A stretch of DNA of 63,937 nucleotides, counting the filler, from Octopus bimaculoides (lineage: Eukaryota): assembly GCF_001194135.2 (NCBI RefSeq). It is 3 parts of 3 records of this genome, joined end to end, with 100 filler letters (N's around TTAATTAATTAA, not from the genome) between each part and the next. Parts side by side here need not be neighbours in the genome. Positions count along the whole stretch, not along the records: positions 51,298 to 63,937 come from NC_068987.1; 2 more parts are not named here. One strand, given 5' to 3'. A program made the translations under genes and the position numbers. Shown piece after piece: positions 51,728 to 63,904 of the stretch (the first letter of the stretch is position 1; each line of letters begins with the position of its first letter). Under the pieces are notes generated by a model. The model had not been told where the DNA came from, did no database searches, and saw only the letters and a list, made by a program, of their open reading frames with translations.

Positions 51728-52465
51728 TACAGAAGTGAGTCCCAGTGTATGTGTGTTTATACATATATATACACACACACACACTATATATATGCACACN
51801 NNNNNNNNNNNNNNNNNNNNNNNNNNNNNNNNNNNNNNNNNNNNNNNNNNNNNNNNNNNNNNNNNNNNNNNNNNNNNNNNNNNNNNNNNNNNNNNNNNNN
51901 NNNNNNNNNNNNNNNNNNNNNNNNNNNNNNNNNNNNNNNNNNNNNNNNNNNNNNNNNNNNNNNNNNNNNNNNNNNNNNNNNNNNNNNNNNNNNNNNNNNN
52001 NNNNNNNNNNNNNNNNNNNNNNNNNNNNNNNNNNNNNNNNNNNNNNNNNNNNNNNNNNNNNNNNNNNNNNNNNNNNNNNNNNNNNNNNNNNNNNNNNNNN
52101 NNNNNNNNNNNNNNNNNNNNNNNNNNNNNNNNNNNNTGCTATAGCCTTGGACCAACCAAAACCACAAAGCATCATGAATGGATCTAGTAGACAGAAACAG
52201 CAAGAAGCCCGAAATATGCATGTATGTATATATATATATGTATGTGTGTCTGTGTTTGTCCTCCACCCCCCTGCCCCCATCTTGGCTTGACAACCAATGC
52301 TGGTGTGTTTACCTCCCCGTAACTTAGCGTTTCGGCAAAAGAGACTGATAGAATAAGTACTAGGCTTACAAAGAATAAGTCCTGCGGTCGATTTGCTCGA
52401 CTAAAAGGCGGTGCTCCAGCATGGCCGCAGTCAAATGACTGAAACAAGTAAAAGAGAGAGTAAAA
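51298..52465. mobile_element. Two group A SINEs in inverted orientation (minus head 51298-51436; plus copy from 51482 continuing across a gap to about 52465)
   Basis: Heads are separated by (TA)n. The plus copy continues with body GTTTGTCCTCC..GGTCGATTTGCTCGAC..GAAACAAGTAAAAGAG after the gap. Confidence 0.8.
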
Positions 52466-52734
52466 GAGTATATGTTGAGAGAAAGAGGCATGCAGAGAGA
52501 GAGAGAGAGAGAAAGAGATAGATTCACACAAGACAGGGACAAAGTCAGAGAGTCAAACATAGGTATAAACCAGTTATGTTTCAATTGGTTGTCAGTGAAT
52601 GTTTCGATACATTACTAAGAATGAAAAACAGATTTATTGAGTTAAACTGTTAAGAAGATTTGTTGATCAAGGCTGACATAGCCTCATTAACAACGACAAC
52701 CTGATGTAGACTATCAATACCTGCATTTGTTTTT

Positions 52735-52965
52735 TTGACACCACCACCACTGCCACCATCATCACAGCCACCACCACTATCATCATCACAGCCACCACCA
52801 TCACCAATATCCTTCACATGCTGCCACTATATTCAACATTTTCTTTCTTAATATCACCACCATCGACACCTCCACCACTACCACCACCACCACCACCGTT
52901 CCGCCAACACCACCACCACCATTTCCACCACCATCACTGCCACCACCACCACCACCACCATCCTT
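52735..52965. repeat. (CCA/CAT)n microsatellite
   Basis: Directly visible. Confidence 0.9.
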
Positions 52966-53233
52966 AACACTTCCACAAAACAGTGAATGAAACATTGACA
53001 TGGCCTCTACGTGGCAGATTGACCTTCAAGAAATGGCAGCCAAATCCCCATCAAGCTCTGGCTAAGGACACATTGGAAAAAAGTATTTCTCGATCTGGCA
53101 AAGACTTATAAGTGGATTTGGTAAATGAAAACTGAAAAGAAGCCCATGGTACATAGCAGATAGATAGATAGGTAGGTAGGTAGGTAGGTACGTAGGTAGG
53201 TAGGTACGCAGGTAATACAGACAGGCAAGCGCA

Positions 53234-53272
<39 letters not shown>

Positions 53273-53499
53273 ATAAGGAGACAGAAACACATGACCATAC
53301 ACACACACACATTCCACACACACAGGCACATATGAACACACATCCATACATAACAGATGCGTGTACATAATCACACACAAACTCATACACAGAGACATGC
53401 TCAAACAGGCACATGCAGGGAAGCAGAGGTATACACACAAATGCACACACATACATACACACAATCATGTACATACACACAAACACATGAATATGCAGA

Positions 53500-53544
<45 letters not shown>

Positions 53545-54257
53545 CATATGCATGTAGATACATGCATACATACACACATACTCACACATGCATTACATAC
53601 ATACATGCATACACACTTACATATGTATGTGCATACACAAGTACACACATGCATAACAGGATCTCAGATAAACAAAAGGACTGCAGCTCCGATAGCTGAC
53701 AGAGTTGATATCCACTGACAAGGTTGCAAAGGCAATGAAAATTTTAGAAAACATACACACAAAAAAAAAGGAGTTTCAAGGTGGTTTTTAGAGCAAAGAA
53801 TGATTTTTTTTTCTATAATAAAAGTTAATGTTAACAGTTTACCGATAACTTCCGTTACATTTTTAAAGAATTAACTGATTAACGTTTATGGAAGTTAACT
53901 TTTTGGTTAATGGCCCCATCTTTGCTAAGCAGACCTATCAACAAAGACATTCTAGAGGTGAACACCTATCATTGTTTTTCTTTCAGACATTGTACATCTT
54001 GGACAACATTATGGGTTATTTTTTCTGCTAAAACAACTGTAGAGAGTGACTAGAGACAAATCTGGAAGCTCATTCTGGCAAGTTGAGCAGATAACCCATT
54101 GTAAGTATTAGCTATGCACACACACACACACACATGCGCACACACACATATGAGTTTGTGCATGTGTATGCATCTATGTATATATTACGTATCTATGTAT
54201 ATGAACGTTTATACACACGTGTGTGCATGTGCGTATTAACATAAATACACATATCCA

Positions 54258-54338
<81 letters not shown>

Positions 54339-54669
54339 CATTCACCTAAAATAACCATGCAATATGCTGCAAAGTATTGACCAGTTCTGCAGAATCAGCA
54401 TCTTACGCTTGTGTCAAACATAAATCACTCTTCTCTGGCAACGGCACAGCACTATTTCCTATTGATTATCATAAATCAGAAATAGTGTTGTATTATGGAC
54501 TCATGCACATTGTTTCTTTTTGATTTTGTCAATACACAGTATGGTAGGGTCAGTTGGGCAACATCTGTGAGAAAAACAGTACCATGACGCAATCCACTTT
54601 GCCAGAAATTTGGAAACGACATGCTGTACTGCTTGGCATTCCTGTTAGAATTTTTAGTCATTCAAACTG

Positions 54670-54985
54670 ACTCCAGTGTGTATTTTTTTAAACCCTAGTA
54701 CTTATTCTATCATTCTCTTTTGCCAAACCACTAAGTTATAGGGACATAAACACATCAACACAAGTTGTCAAATGGGGATGGGTGACAAAGACACACACAC
54801 ACACACACACATGCACATACAAATAGATATACAGCAGGCTTCTTTCATTTCCTGTCTACCAAATACATTTGCAGGTTTTGGTCGACCTGAGGCTACAGCA
54901 GAAAACACTTGCCCAAGGTGCTATGCAGTGGAACTGAACTCAGATCCAGTGGTTGGAAAGCAAACTTCTTACCACACATCTATGC
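54670..54985 (-). mobile_element. SINE group A, degenerate copy
   Basis: CCCTAGTACTTATTCTATC..(CA)n..CAGGCTTCTTTCATTTCCTGTCTACC..CTTGCCCAAGGTGCTATGCAGTGGAACTGAAC. Confidence 0.75.
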
Positions 54986-55109
54986 TTGCATTGGTATATG
55001 TATGTATATATGTACACACACACACACACACATATATGGTCAATCAGACTCCAAAGAGGCTGGTGCTGATCTGTTGGCAAGACTTATAACATGTAGAATT
55101 GACAAGAGA

Positions 55110-55800
55110 GGACGGTACAGTTGTTGTGAGGAACGGAAAATCCAATATTTCAGACAGTGTTTTTCTTCAGGGAAAAGTTGAAAGGAGAGAAATTAATGAA
55201 AGAAAGCAGAGTTGTACATCCTCTAAGTTAGAAAAAAAGTGGCTGTAATTAATAAGCAACACAGGACCAAAAGAGCTTCGTACATGAATAAGAAGTGGTA
55301 GGAGAAACAGTGTGAGAAGGAAGAAAGTAAGAACAATGGAATGAGGAGAAGCAAGTAAAGCCAAGTGTGAGATGAAGGGAAAAGATGAGGTGAGGGGGAA
55401 GTTGAAGGATACAAAAGGGTTGGATAAACAAAGAGGAGGAGTAGGAGTAGAAGGAAAAACATTCACATTTAAACCTGACAGTGACATGGTGCCTAGTTCA
55501 AATATGAAATGTTCCATCCTTTTCTTTGAACATGGATCCATGATGTGCAGCATTGCCACACATTGAGTAAGTGGGTGAGTGACAGAATGACTTGTGTTGA
55601 AGAGACTGGTAACAGGTTGGTCTGGCATATATTGTAGTAAGCTTCAAAAATATTCCTCTAAGTGATAAGCAAGGCATCGACCTGTTTCCCCAATGTAAAA
55701 GATGCCACAAAGTTTGCATATGATGTAAAATATAAGGTTGGAATGCTGTGCAACAGAAGTTTTCAATAATAAGATATTGTGGGTTGGTGGGTACAGGTGT
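55110..55800 (-). mobile_element. Penelope-like element 3' fragment (GIY-YIG domain + pyrimidine-rich 3' region)
   Basis: Minus translation: NLIFYIICKLCGIFYIGETGRCLAYHLEEY..PDQPVTSLFNTSHS..MEHFIFELGTMSLSGLNVN. Confidence 0.85.
55141..55174 (-). ncRNA. Minimal hammerhead ribozyme motif at the PLE 3' end
   Basis: TCC-CTGAAGA-A-AAAC-ACT-GTCT-GAAA-TAT-T-GGA. Both core boxes are canonical, helix II has one mismatch, helix III is the palindrome AATATT, and helix I is TCC/GGA. Confidence 0.65.
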
Positions 55801-56009
55801 CTCTTGTCCCCGAGAAGAACTGTGAAACCACTAAAGATGGCTGAAACTTTCTTTTAAAGATTGTAATCTGGAGGATATTGTAAGCTCATACTTTTCTTTA
55901 TACATCCACACACACACACACATACATGCATTAACACAAATGCATATATATGTATATACATATATGTATATACATATATATATATGTATATATCATTCAG
56001 CTGTGAAAA

Positions 56010-56225
56010 AAAAAACCATGCCAAAATTGACCTCACCAGTGCTGATGCCATGTAAAAAGCACTGTCCATTTTGTGGAGTGGTTGGTGTTAGGAAGGGCAT
56101 CCAGCCATAAAAACCATGCCAAAACAGACAGCGAAGCATGGTGCGGTCTTCTTCTTAGCCAGCTCCTGTCAAACTGTCCAACCCATGCCAGCATGGAAAA
56201 CAGATGTTAAATGGTGATGATGATG
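56010..56225 (+). mobile_element. RTE-type LINE 3'-end copy
   Basis: GTAAAAAGCAC..GGTTGGTGTTAGGAAGGGCATCCAGC..CCAACCCATGCCAGCATGG..GATGTTAAATGGTGATGATG. Confidence 0.8.
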
Positions 56226-56379
56226 CGTCTTAGGCTCAGTGATAGTACTAGTATTGTTAATGTAGGGGCAAGTGTTGCATCACTGGAAAGTGCATTTAAA
56301 AGTGCCTAGTTGTCTGGGGCTGGGAGCTGTGGAGCTTGTTTATAGTGATCAAATGTATGTGCTGTACTCCCTCCACATG

Positions 56380-56578
56380 TTACCTCGCTCCCTCCATCAA
56401 ACTGATATCGTCTGTAGTGGTGCATGTTGTGCCACCCAACAGATGTTAAAGTGATTGCAGCGCAATGTGAGATGAAGTGTTGTGCACAAGAACACAATGT
56501 CCCAGCCACTCTGGGAATTAAAACTATTATCTTGCAATCATGACTGCAACACCCTAACCACTAGACCACATCTACATA
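56380..56578 (-). mobile_element. tRNA-headed SINE fragment (group C-like head)
   Basis: On minus: GTGGTCTAGTGGTTAGGGTGTTGCAGTCATGA..GTGTTCTTGTGCACAACACTTCATCTCACATTGC. Confidence 0.6.
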
Positions 56579-56599
56579 TATGGAAAGCAGACACTATAT

Positions 56600-57771
56600 G
56601 ATGATCATCATCATCATCGTTTAACGTCCGCTTTCCATGCTAGCATGGGTTGGACGATTTGACTGAGGACTGGTGAAACCGGATGGTAACACCAGGCTCC
56701 AGTCTAATTTGGCAGAGTTTCTACAGCTGGATGCCCTTCCTAACGCCAACCACTCAGAGAGTGTAGTGGGTGCTTTTACGTGTCACCCGCACGAAAACGG
56801 CCACGCTCGTAATGGGGTCTTTTATGTGCCACCCGCACAAGCCAGTCCAGGGGCACTGGCAACGATCTCGCTCGAAAATCCTACGGGAGCCAGTCAGGCG
56901 GTACTGGCAACGGCCATGCTCNNNNNNNNNNNNNNNNNNNNNNNNNNNNNNNNNNNNNNNNNNNNNNNNNNNNNNNNNNNNNNNNNNNNNNNNNNNNNNN
57001 NNNNNNNNNNNNNNNNNNNNNNNNNNNNNNNNNNNNNNNNNNNNNNNNNNNNNNNNNNNNNNNNNNNNNNNNNNNNNNNNNNNNNNNNNNNNNNNNNNNN
57101 NNNNNNNNNNNNNNNNNNNNNNNNNNNNNNNNNNNNNNNNNNNNNNNNNNNNNNNNNNNNNNNNNNNNNNNNNNNNNNNNNNNNNNNNNNNNNNNNNNNN
57201 NNNNNNNNNNNNNNNNNNNNNNNNNNNNNNNNNNNNNNNNNNNNNNNNNNNNNNNNNNNNNNNNNNNNNNNNNNNNNNNNNNNNNNNNNNNNNNNNNNNN
57301 NNNNNNNNNNNNNNNNNNNNNNNNNNNNNNNNNNNNNNNNNNNNNNNNNNNNNNNNNNNNNNNNNNNNNNNNNNNNNNNNNNNNNNNNNNNNNNNNNNNN
57401 NNNNNNNNNNNNNNNNNNNNNNNNNGGCTGTTCGTACGCATGCGTCATACAGTCTGCCTTTTACTCTGAGTGAGAGTCCCTTTGTCGCCAGCAGGGGTAA
57501 GAGCTCTCTAAACTTTGCCCAGGCTATTCTTATTCTAGCAGCTACACTTTCAGCGCACCCACCCCCACTACTAACTTGGTCGCCCAGATAGCGGAAGCTA
57601 TTGACTACCTCTAGTTTTTCACCCTGGAATGAGATAGAAGTTGTTTCCTGTTTGTTTACAGTCTTTATTGCACCTGAACATCTGCCACAAACAAAAACTA
57701 ACTTGCTAGTTAACCTGCCTTTGATGTTGCTCAAAAACTAACTTGCTAGTTAACCTGCCTTTGATGTTGCT
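56600..57771 (-). mobile_element. RTE-clade LINE, 5'-truncated, young; coding part and 3' UTR separated by an N gap
   Basis: Uninterrupted VCGRCSG..GEKLEVVNSFRYLGDQVSSGGGCAESVAARIRIAWAKFRELLPLL..LSLRVKGRLYDACVRTA, then the gap, then a 3' UTR ending GGAAAGCGGACGTTAAACGATGATG. Confidence 0.85.
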
Positions 57772-57813
57772 ATATATATATAATATATACACACACACAG
57801 ACACACATATATA

Positions 57814-58034
57814 CGAAGGGGTGCTGAAAGGTTCCTGGCTTTGGGTAAGAGAACATACAGGAGGATCTGTTGATTATGATTTTATTGAACATATATTCCC
57901 TCCTCAGATTCACACACTTATTGCAGCAGTCCTTCAGTTTTCCCAAGCCCTGTAAAAGAACTCGGAAGGTTGGATCTCCAGCTAGGCCTATTGCGATACC
58001 CTTAAAGCCAGGAACTTTTATTGGCATCGCCTCA
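57814..58034 (-). mobile_element. Mariner-derived MITE (221 bp)
   Basis: TA-flanked TIRs CGAAGGGGTGCTGAAAGGTTCCTGGCTTT / AAAGCCAGGAACTTTTATTGGCATCGCCTCA. The interior keeps the transposase C-terminus (KLKDCCNKCVNLRREY). Confidence 0.85.
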
Positions 58035-58112
58035 TACATGTATGTATGTAAGTTTTTATGTATGTATGTATGTATGTATGTATGCGTGTGTGTACACACA
58101 CATGCACACACA

Positions 58113-59412
58113 CAGTGTTCAGGCTAAATTTGATGACATTTTTGTGTCTTCATTTTTCAGGAACAGCTTGATGTATTGATGAGCAGTCAATAGTACTAGA
58201 GAGCATAAAGATGGAAGTTATAGCTGAGAAAAAGTTAGCTGATATGGAGGACTGGAAGCCATCTGAATATTGGAAAAAAAGTTACCTGCATCAAGAAGAT
58301 TTGTGAAACATATCAAAATACCAAAATCATGATTGTCTCTCAATGCTCTGTGAACACTGCAAAGGCTGAAAGACATGACATGGACAGCTGCATGGGAGAC
58401 TACAAAGCCTTGACCAGCAGGAAGGAATACAGCATGTGTTCTGACTGCGTTCACATGTCAGAGCTCATCCAACAAATGCAGGACAGGGTGATAGAAAATC
58501 CAAGGAAAGGAATCCAGGCTTTGGTGAGAGAAATGAGAGTTAGAGTCACCACCATGAAGCTGGCCCTGAATGAGGACCTTCGTTACTAATCTTACAAGAA
58601 GCACAAGGGACAAATTCTGACAGCCAAGGCCAAGAACTACTTCACAAAGGCAAAGAAGATTCTGAACAAGCAGAGGCATCCTGCTGAGCCAGGGATGATC
58701 TGGTTCTTCTCAGATGCAAAGAACTTCTGCCAGGACTGGTTGTACAACATCCAAAACAATAGGTAGCTTGTTTATAATCCATGTCCTGGCCCACATAGCA
58801 TGAGAGCCAAGTTCCCCAAATTGTGATGGTCTTTTGATGTGTTCCCAATGAGTGTGATGTCATGCAGCCCCAAATCTTTGAATAAGGCCTCAGGCTGAAT
58901 TCAGACAACTATGGTGAAGTTACTGGAGACTGTGATGAAACCTTGGCTGGAGAGGGTTGCTGTTGGAAGGCCATATGTGAAGTAGCAGAATTTGTATTGC
59001 TGCCAGAAAGAGTCAGATATGGTTGTCAGAGAATTTCTACTACATTGGCAGCCGCAATTTCTGACTTCATAATTCTTCCGACTAAAATCCATGAATTACT
59101 ACGTGTGCAGGGTATGGCTGAGAAAGACATCAAATACCTGGCCTGCAACATAAAGGCTGAGTTGGTGGCCAAGATCACGAAGGTGTTTTGGAAGATATTC
59201 TCAGGGACACAGCGAGGAATGCATGTATCAGGTATTGGAGCCATCTTGAGGCCAAAGTGGAAGCTGAGAGCAGCTACTTTGAGTAAACTATTATTTCCCA
59301 GCCATAATGTAGTTGATATTTTTTGATTTTTCAGGTTACTTTTATATTTGAATGAAATATTGTGTTTTCTTATCTCTTTATGGAAACGGTCAAATTTAGC
59401 CTAAACATCTTG
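58113..59412 (+). mobile_element. maT/DD37D element, near full length (1.3 kb), inactivated
   Basis: TIRs CAGTGTTCAGGCTAAATTTGA / TCAAATTTAGCCTAAACATCTTG|TA. Transposase remnants IENPRKGIQAL..NEDLRY*SYK..WFFSDAKNFCQD..KFPQIVMVF*CV..GLRLNSDNY..KPWLERVAVGRPYV, with many stops and frameshifts. Confidence 0.9.
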
Positions 59413-60789
59413 TATATATTGTTATATTTCAGGATAGTCATTTTTTTTGCTTGCCAAATAAGCACATGTCTGGAAATCTTTCCCGGAATAGAAGGATACA
59501 TTTGGGAAAGAAGAGTTGCGGAACAAGTCACAGATGTGTGACAAAAGATTTTTCGGACAATGGACATAGGATAAAATAAGAACAATAATAAATGAGTGAA
59601 GAACAAATATATAGTGTGTGTGTTTATTTGGCAAGAATAAAATGACCATCCCGAAATATAACAATATCTGTTTCAATACATGATCTCACATCAGTAATCT
59701 TGCTAAACAAATTCATAAATGTAACCCTGTATGCATNNNNNNNNNNNNNNNNNNNNNNNNNNNNNNNNNNNNNNNNNNNNNNNNNNNNNNNNNNNNNNNN
59801 NNNNNNNNNNNNNNNNNNNNNNNNNNNNNNNNNNNNNNNNNNNNNNNNNNNNNNNNNNNNNNNNNNNNNNNNNNNNNNNNNNNNNNNNNNNNNNNNNNNN
59901 NNNNNNNNNNNNNNNNNNNNNNNNNNNNNNNNNNNNNNNNNNNNNNNNNNNNNNNNNNNNNNNNNNNNNNNNNNNNNNNNNNNNNNNNNNNNNNNNNNNN
60001 NNNNNNNNNNNNNNNNNNNNNNNNNNNNNNNNNNNNNNNNNNNNNNNNNNNNNNNNNNNNNNNNNNNNNNNNNNNNNNNNNNNNNNNNNNNNNNNNNNNN
60101 NNNNNNNNNNNNNNNNNNNNNNNNNNNNNNNNNNNNNNNNNNNNNNNNNNNNNNNNNNNNNNNNNNNNNNNNNNNNNNNNNNNNNNNNNNNNNNNNNNNN
60201 NNNNNNNNNNNNNNNNNNNNNNNNNNNNNNNNNNNNNNNNNNNNNNNNNNNNNNNNNNNNNNNNNNNNNNNNNNNNNNNNNNNNNNNNNNNNNNNNNNNN
60301 NNNNNNNNNNNNNNNNNNNNNNNNNNNNNNNNNNNNNNNNNNNNNNNNNNNNNNNNNNNNNNNNNNNNNNNNNNNNNNNNNNNNNNNNNNNNNNNNNNNN
60401 NNNNNNNNNNNNNNNNNNNNNNNNNNNNNNNNNNNNNNNNNNNNNNNNNNNNNNNNNNNNNNNNNNNNNNNNNNNNNNNNNNNNNNNNNNNNNNNNNNNN
60501 NNNNNNNNNNNNNNNNNNNNNNNNNNNNNNNNNNNNNNNNNNNNNNNNNNNNNNNNNNNNNNNNNNNNNNNNNNNNNNNNNNNNNNNNNNNNNNNNNNNN
60601 NNNNNNNNNNNNNNNNNNNNNNNNNNNNNNNNNNNNNNNNNNNNNNNNNNNNNNNNNNNNNNNNNNNNNNNNNNNNNNNNNNNNNNNNNNNNNNNNNNNN
60701 NNNNNNNNNNATGTGTGTATATGTGTGTGTGCGAGTGTGTGCATGTTATTGTGTCCTAGCTTTGACTTTGATAGTTGTAAGCAAGTGTC

Positions 60790-61334
60790 ACCATCCTGAA
60801 AGCGGTGACCCTCATTTCCATTCTTCTGTGAAGACATGGTCATGGAGAAATATTTCCTAACTGAAGGGTTGGTGACAGGAAGGGCATCAAGCTATAAAAA
60901 ATCTCCCTCAACAAATTGTGAGTAACCCATGCAAGCATAGAAAGGTGGACATTAAAACGATAATGATCATTACACACACACACACAATATATATATATCA
61001 AACCAAATTTGATGACTGGCACCCGTGTCAGTGGAGCGCTAACAACACCATCCAAGTGAGATCACTGCTAGAGCAGTGGCCTCGCTCCCGTGCCAGTGGC
61101 ACGTAAAAAGCACCCACCTTACTGGCATGTGAACAAAACATTGGACTGACTCCTGTGCAGGTGGCATGTAAAAAAAACACCATTTGAGTGTGGCTGTTGC
61201 CAGTACTGCTGGACTGGCCCTCGTGCTGGTGGCACGTAAAAAGCACCCACTACACCCTCGGAGTGGTTGGCATTAGGAAGGGCATCCAGCTGTAGAAACT
61301 CTGCCAGATCAGATTGGAGTCTGGTGTAGCCATC
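60790..61334 (+). mobile_element. Two RTE-type 3'-end copies (60790-60970 short subtype; 61015-61334 with three internal subrepeats, cut by a gap)
   Basis: GGTTGGTGACAGGAAGGGCATC..CCCATGCAAGCAT, and repeated GTGGCACGTAAAAAGCACC units before GGAGTGGTTGGCATTAGGAAGGGCATCCAGCTG. Confidence 0.8.
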
Positions 61335-63103
61335 NNNNNNNNNNNNNNNNNNNNNNNNNNNNNNNNNNNNNNNNNNNNNNNNNNNNNNNNNNNNNNNNNN
61401 NNNNNNNNNNNNNNNNNNNNNNNNNNNNNNNNNNNNNNNNNNNNNNNNNNNNNNNNNNNNNNNNNNNNNNNNNNNNNNNNNNNNNNNNNNNNNNNNNNNN
61501 NNNNNNNNNNNNNNNNNNNNNNNNNNNNNNNNNNNNNNNNNNNNNNNNNNNNNNNNNNNNNNNNNNNNNNNNNNNNNNNNNNNNNNNNNNNNNNNNNNNN
61601 NNNNNNNNNNNNNNNNNNNNNNNNNNNNNNNNNNNNNNNNNNNNNNNNNNNNNNNNNNNNNNNNNNNNNNNNNNNNNNNNNNNNNNNNNNNNNNNNNNNN
61701 NNNNNNNNNNNNNNNNNNNNNNNNNNNNNNNNNNNNNNNNNNNNNNNNNNNNNNNNNNNNNNNNNNNNNNNNNNNNNNNNNNNNNNNNNNNNNNNNNNNN
61801 NNNNNNNNNNNNNNNNNNNNNNNNNNNNNNNNNNNNNNNNNNNNNNNNNNNNNNNNNNNNNNNNNNNNNNNNNNNNNNNNNNNNNNNNNNNNNNNNNNNN
61901 NNNNNNNNNNNNNNNNNNNNNNNNNNNNNNNNNNNNNNNNNNNNNNNNNNNNNNNNNNNNNNNNNNNNNNNNNNNNNNNNNNNNNNNNNNNNNNNNNNNN
62001 NNNNNNNNNNNNNNNNNNNNNNNNNNNNNNNNNNNNNNNNNNNNNNNNNNNNNNNNNNNNNNNNNNNNNNNNNNNNNNNNNNNNNNNNNNNNNNNNNNNN
62101 NNNNNNNNNNNNNNNNNNNNNNNNNNNNNNNNNNNNNNNNNNNNNNNNNNNNNNNNNNNNNNNNNNNNNNNNNNNNNNNNNNNNNNNNNNNNNNNNNNNN
62201 NNNNNNNNNNNNNNNNNNNNNNNNNNNATATCTACATTATTATTAATGTCTGTTTCAGCTGAGTTAGTTCAAATGTACTTATATCTAATTAAGCTAAACA
62301 AATTATCATTATTATGTATTTTCTAGAAATTATATCATAATTAATACTCATTAAGCAGCATAGACTACTGCTGCTGCTTAATCTAGTCTGGAGTAAAATC
62401 CCACTTGCAGACAAATCTTTACAAATTTTGTCCAAACGGAAGGGTGGGTCATCATGGCCCTTATCACAACAGCTGCTATTCAATTATTGCAACCTGCCAA
62501 TCTCCTGTAAGCTCCTCCTCTCCCCTTTCTACTTCTAGGAATTCACACACTCCAACAACCTCCCTTCCCTCTCCATTACTCCAGTTACTGCAAACAGTCA
62601 GTTTACTGTTAGCTCCTCCCCTTCCCGCTCACATGGTTCAGATGCAATCCCCATAAGAGTGTTGTGAGTGCTGTGAGCTCCTCCTTTAATTTCTAGGTAT
62701 TTGTAACACTATGAACGAAATTACCTGCCTACGATAATCCCCTTCCTTCCACTTTGTGAGCATCCTCAGCAGTATTATTGTGTGACATGAGCCATAATGA
62801 AGTTGACTTGACTCCATATGCAAGGGCAAAATCCTCTAGAACATCTGCAAAGAGCCATAGTAAAGGAAACTCATCTAGAAGAGCAAGGCTCCTCACCATC
62901 ATCCCTCTATGTCTAGAATGCAACCTGCAATATAGCAGGGAGTAACCAACTTGTCTACTTTAAGCCCCTCCCACCTCCATGTGTTGGAGTCAAAGAAACC
63001 CACCAGCCTCTTGTTTGTTCCAAATTGTTGGACACATGAACTCCATATGAAAGTGACCCAATTTCAGAAGAGAAGAAACTCTGAAGATTCTGCACACACA
63101 CAC

Positions 63104-63144
<41 letters not shown>

Positions 63145-63904
63145 AACTCTTCTACCTGCGGTTGTTGTTATGTATAATATCTTCTTCACCATCCAATTTA
63201 TATTCAAAATCTAATTAATGTACACCTTACCAGCTTCATGAATTTGTTTTATCCTTTTAAATTGGCTACATTCAGCTAAAATATTATTCAAACTGGCCAG
63301 ATCTGATCTTTCACACCTACCCCAGAATGTCATTCCCCCCCCCCNNNNNNNNNNNNNNNNNNNNNNNNNNNNNNNNNNNAAAAAAAAAACAATCACATCA
63401 GTGAAATCTCAAGTCTGCCAGATAATGTATGATTAATTCAACATGATACGAATAAATATTACTTTTCACTGAGTAATCTGAATGCTACAGGGCTATACCT
63501 CATCTGGTGTCAAAGCGATCAGACAATGCAATACTAGGTGGTTTGTGTCATGTGGAGATACCTGATGTGGAGATACCTGATGTGTTAGACATATAAGGGT
63601 CGGGATTCCCAATATCCCCATCAATGCAGGTTAGCCTTTGTTCTGCCATGGTCAGATATCAGTCTGCTTGTATACATCCACTGCTTTCTGGTTGCACAGT
63701 AGAAGCAGAACAGTCGTGCAATGGAGTTTAACCAGTGTGCTCACGGGACCATCAGGCAAGTAACGAACATTTGATGACCCTGTGAACACACAGGTGAAAC
63801 TCCAGAGTAACAAGTGAACTGACCGAAATAAAAACTATGATTAATCTCAACAGTGGTATTCAGAACTCTTTCCTCCAACAGTCAACACTAAATGTGTGAG
63901 TGTA

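Noticed and set aside
51576-52236. Identical ~100-bp sequence on both sides of the 51800-52136 gap
   Set aside because: Most likely unmerged contig ends or haplotypes around a microsatellite, not a real duplication.
58458-59326. Alternative-frame and antisense ORFs over the maT element
   Set aside because: By-products of a frameshifted transposase pseudogene.
62480-63860. GC-richer stretches that might be LINE ORF1 or another TE
   Set aside because: No diagnostic motif could be read in any frame, so they are left unannotated.
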